From the NCBI GenBank assembly GCA_035638255.1, contig DASRAJ010000034.1:1-15716 (forward strand): 15,716 bases of DNA, written 5' to 3'. The stretch comes from Chitinophagales bacterium. GTDB taxonomy: Bacteria; Bacteroidota; Bacteroidia; Chitinophagales; UBA10324. The notes below the pieces were generated by a model. The model was not told the origin of the DNA, ran no database searches, and saw nothing but the letters and a program-made list of their open reading frames with translations. Below, one piece after another: positions 14,239-15,716 of this stretch (position 1 is its first letter; every line of letters begins with the position of its first letter). Position numbers and translations under genes: made by a program.

Positions 14239-14481
14239 ATACCAAATTGTCGCTATCCTCAATTTGAGCGCAAACTATTTTCCCCCAGACTCATGAAGCC
14301 TCTATTGTTCTTTGACAATAACATTTTTTATTTCACATTTTCACGAGGTCATTCAGGAAACTTCTCGCAATTCATTGCAGAGATCTGTCAGGTGTTAAGA
14401 AGGTTCTTCCAGAATGACTGGCGATTGTGAATGTGTCATGAACAACCCTTCATGACCATCGTGATACATCAATTTGGTATG
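14239..14481. repeat. ~243-bp intergenic segment bounded by perfect 12-bp inverted repeats, CATACCAAATTG (14239-14250) and CAATTTGGTATG (14470-14481)
   Basis: Read directly. The interior contains a 45-codon ATG-initiated ORF on the + strand (14293-14430; MKPLLFFDNNIFYFTFSRGHSGNFSQFIAEICQVLRRFFQNDWRL) that is absent from the track because of its size. No target-site duplication is evident. Confidence 0.4.
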
Positions 14482-14502
14482 TGCCGAAGTGGAAATCGCC
14501 TG

Positions 14503-15366
14503 CTAAACTTTTTGCTGCGAGGGAGCAAGAGCAATTTTTTTCCTCATTCTTCTTTTCACTAAAATAAAAGCAACGCCACCGACAATGATCAATGGCCAAA
14601 TGGTGATCACGACAAGCAAAAATTGCTTTACGATTTCCAAACCATCCTTGAAACGATTTCCTGTATCGAGCAAAAAATTATGGCGCACAGCAAGTGGTTG
14701 CTGTTTTACTGTAATCTGCTGGTAGTAGCTCAAATGAATGGTGCTGTAAGCAACCTGACTCGAGAGGTAACGGAGTCGCCCTTCGCTCGCTTCAATTTCT
14801 TCCTGCAGTGAACCAATCTGTTGCTCAGCTTTCAAAACATCCTCGACTGTTTTCGCCTTGTTGCGAAGAATATCTTCATAGCGCTCCTTCACTTCAAGTT
14901 TGGTCTTTAGCCGGCTTTGTAAGTCAACGAACTCAGCAGTGACATCCTGCGTGGTGATCTTGCGGTTGTTCATGAACACAGAGACCTTTTCAATTTCGCG
15001 AACCGCAGTTTCAAAATTGGCAGCAGGTACTTTCACTATCATGTCATTCTCTACCTGGTCATAAGAAGAAGTGAGGTTCGATGAAGAGATGTAACCGTTA
15101 AATCGTTGCGTGAGTTGTTCAATTTTTTCAGTAGCTGAATCAATATCACTGACCTGGAAACGCAGCTCGCCATTCCTGATAATTTTCTTTTGCTCTACGG
15201 CATTGGAAGTGCCGGAACCGGAAGAATCTTGTTGAAGCACTGCCGGAGCAGTGGAGGCGATCAGCTTACCTGCCGTAGCAGAGGAGTCCATGTATTTTTC
15301 TTGTTGCGATTGCTGACACGAAAGGAGTGTACTGAGGATGGTGATGATTGCAAAATGTTTTAGCAT
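14503..15366 (-). CDS. DUF4349-like lipoprotein with a coiled-coil region and a C-terminal transmembrane anchor
   Basis: ATG at 15364-15366. The signal peptide is MLKHFAIITILSTLLSC, with a lipobox Cys. The central region is heptad-rich and helical. The C-terminal hydrophobic helix VVITIWPLIIVGGVAFILV is followed by the basic stretch KRRMRKK. This architecture matches DUF4349 proteins, as recalled from memory. Confidence 0.55.
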   Translation of the reverse strand: MLKHFAIITILSTLLSCQQSQQEKYMDSSATAGKLIASTAPAVLQQDSSGSGTSNAVEQKKIIRNGELRFQVSDIDSATEKIEQLTQRFNGYISSSNLTSSYDQVENDMIVKVPAANFETAVREIEKVSVFMNNRKITTQDVTAEFVDLQSRLKTKLEVKERYEDILRNKAKTVEDVLKAEQQIGSLQEEIEASEGRLRYLSSQVAYSTIHLSYYQQITVKQQPLAVRHNFLLDTGNRFKDGLEIVKQFLLVVITIWPLIIVGGVAFILVKRRMRKKIALAPSQQKV

Positions 15367-15432
15367 GGGGAGAAGATTTCGAAGAGAAACGATTCTTTCC
15401 CCGATTATTTTTCACCCGATGTCAATGCATTG

Positions 15433-15716
15433 TTAATGTTCAAAAAGGAATGCATCCACCTCCTGAAAAAATCCCTGTGGATCATCGAGCATCACAAAGT
15501 GGCGGGCATTATCCTCTACCGCCAGCTTATAATTTTTCAGCAGGTAATATTGTGCTTTGAAAACTTCGGCAATGCCATCATGAGTTTGATAGGGCTTGTT
15601 GCCAATCCATGTTGCAAACACGAGCGCAGGTGCAGTGATCTTGGCAATCTCTTCGCGCAGGTCAATGGTTTGCATTTCGTAGGTGCACTCGGCAACAGTA
15701 ACTTTATCAGAATTGA
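15433..15716 (-). CDS. Partial CDS (3' portion) of an alpha/beta-fold hydrolase. The gene continues beyond the window end.
   Basis: The reading frame stays open upstream of the track Met at 15675 (...NSDKVTVAECTYE-MQTIDL). The C-terminal region ITAPALVF...HFVMLDDPQGFFQEVDAFL is typical of the cap-to-end region of AB hydrolases, with the catalytic His near the C terminus. Confidence 0.55.
   Translation of the reverse strand, partial: NSDKVTVAECTYEMQTIDLREEIAKITAPALVFATWIGNKPYQTHDGIAEVFKAQYYLLKNYKLAVEDNARHFVMLDDPQGFFQEVDAFLFEH

Noticed and set aside
1-15716. Search for CRISPR arrays, tRNA/rRNA genes, transposase/integrase genes and toxin-antitoxin pairs
   Set aside because: There are no regularly spaced direct repeats with unique spacers and no cloverleaf-like GTTCGAATC T-loop contexts. 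No ORF has DDE/tyrosine-recombinase motifs. No small adjacent gene pairs have TA-like architecture. The only mobile-element-like signal is the IR-bounded 243-bp segment, which is reported separately.

Overview
This window looks like a Bacteroidota chromosomal segment. The taxon call is inferred from a T9SS C-terminal sorting domain, many lipobox signal peptides, AT-rich intergenic regions, and several ORF-track entries that begin at TTG and are more plausibly shorter ATG-initiated genes. It reads as accessory, envelope-oriented content with about 14 genes, nearly all on the minus strand.

Features I can support from the sequence:
- 2..181 (+): partial 3' end of a gene, followed by a perfect 15-bp bidirectional hairpin terminator (204..236).
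- 276..1274 (-): short cytoplasmic protein of the reductive-dehalogenase/QueG superfamily with two 4Fe-4S motifs.
- 1466..2050 (+): divergent YdeI/OmpD-associated family protein.
- 2070..4580 (-): three-gene lipid-type operon. It encodes a PhyH-family Fe/2OG dioxygenase, a classical SDR, and a PAP2_C/sphingomyelin-synthase-like membrane protein that carries the SMS D3 (D-x3-SGHT) and D4 (HYTxDV) motifs.
- 4805..8579 (-): a small lipoprotein, an alpha/beta-hydrolase esterase lipoprotein with a C-terminal TPR-like tail, and a 7-repeat beta-propeller T9SS cargo protein.
- 8922..9860 (+): TPR lipoprotein.
- 9867..11795 (-): flotillin (SPFH) with the characteristic Ala/Glu-rich C-terminal repeats.
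- 12149..12952 (-): VOC(glyoxalase-fold)-GNAT fusion.
- 13126..14154 (-): secreted hypothetical protein.
- 14503..15366 (-): DUF4349-like lipoprotein with a C-terminal TM anchor.
- 15433..15716 (-): 3' part of an alpha/beta hydrolase that runs off the window.

Non-coding structure not explained by the genes:
- Two ~70-bp direct repeats of ~85% identity (6837..6905 and 8777..8848) bracket the T9SS propeller gene.
- A bipartite sequence module at 4718..4797 is duplicated at 5213..5273. It is built around a six-copy 8-mer (ACACCGAT/ATCGGTGT) and includes a perfect 12-bp palindromic pair.
- A (GACCAAT)x5 heptad tandem repeat abuts the stop codon of the dioxygenase gene.
- Two GAAATCGGATTTC palindromes lie after the VOC-GNAT gene.
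- A perfect 16-bp hairpin has no U-tract (13049..13093).
- A ~243-bp intergenic segment is bounded by perfect 12-bp inverted repeats and contains a 45-codon ORF (14239..14481).

I found no tRNA, rRNA, CRISPR, transposase or integrase genes. All family assignments are by motif recognition only; no database search was run.
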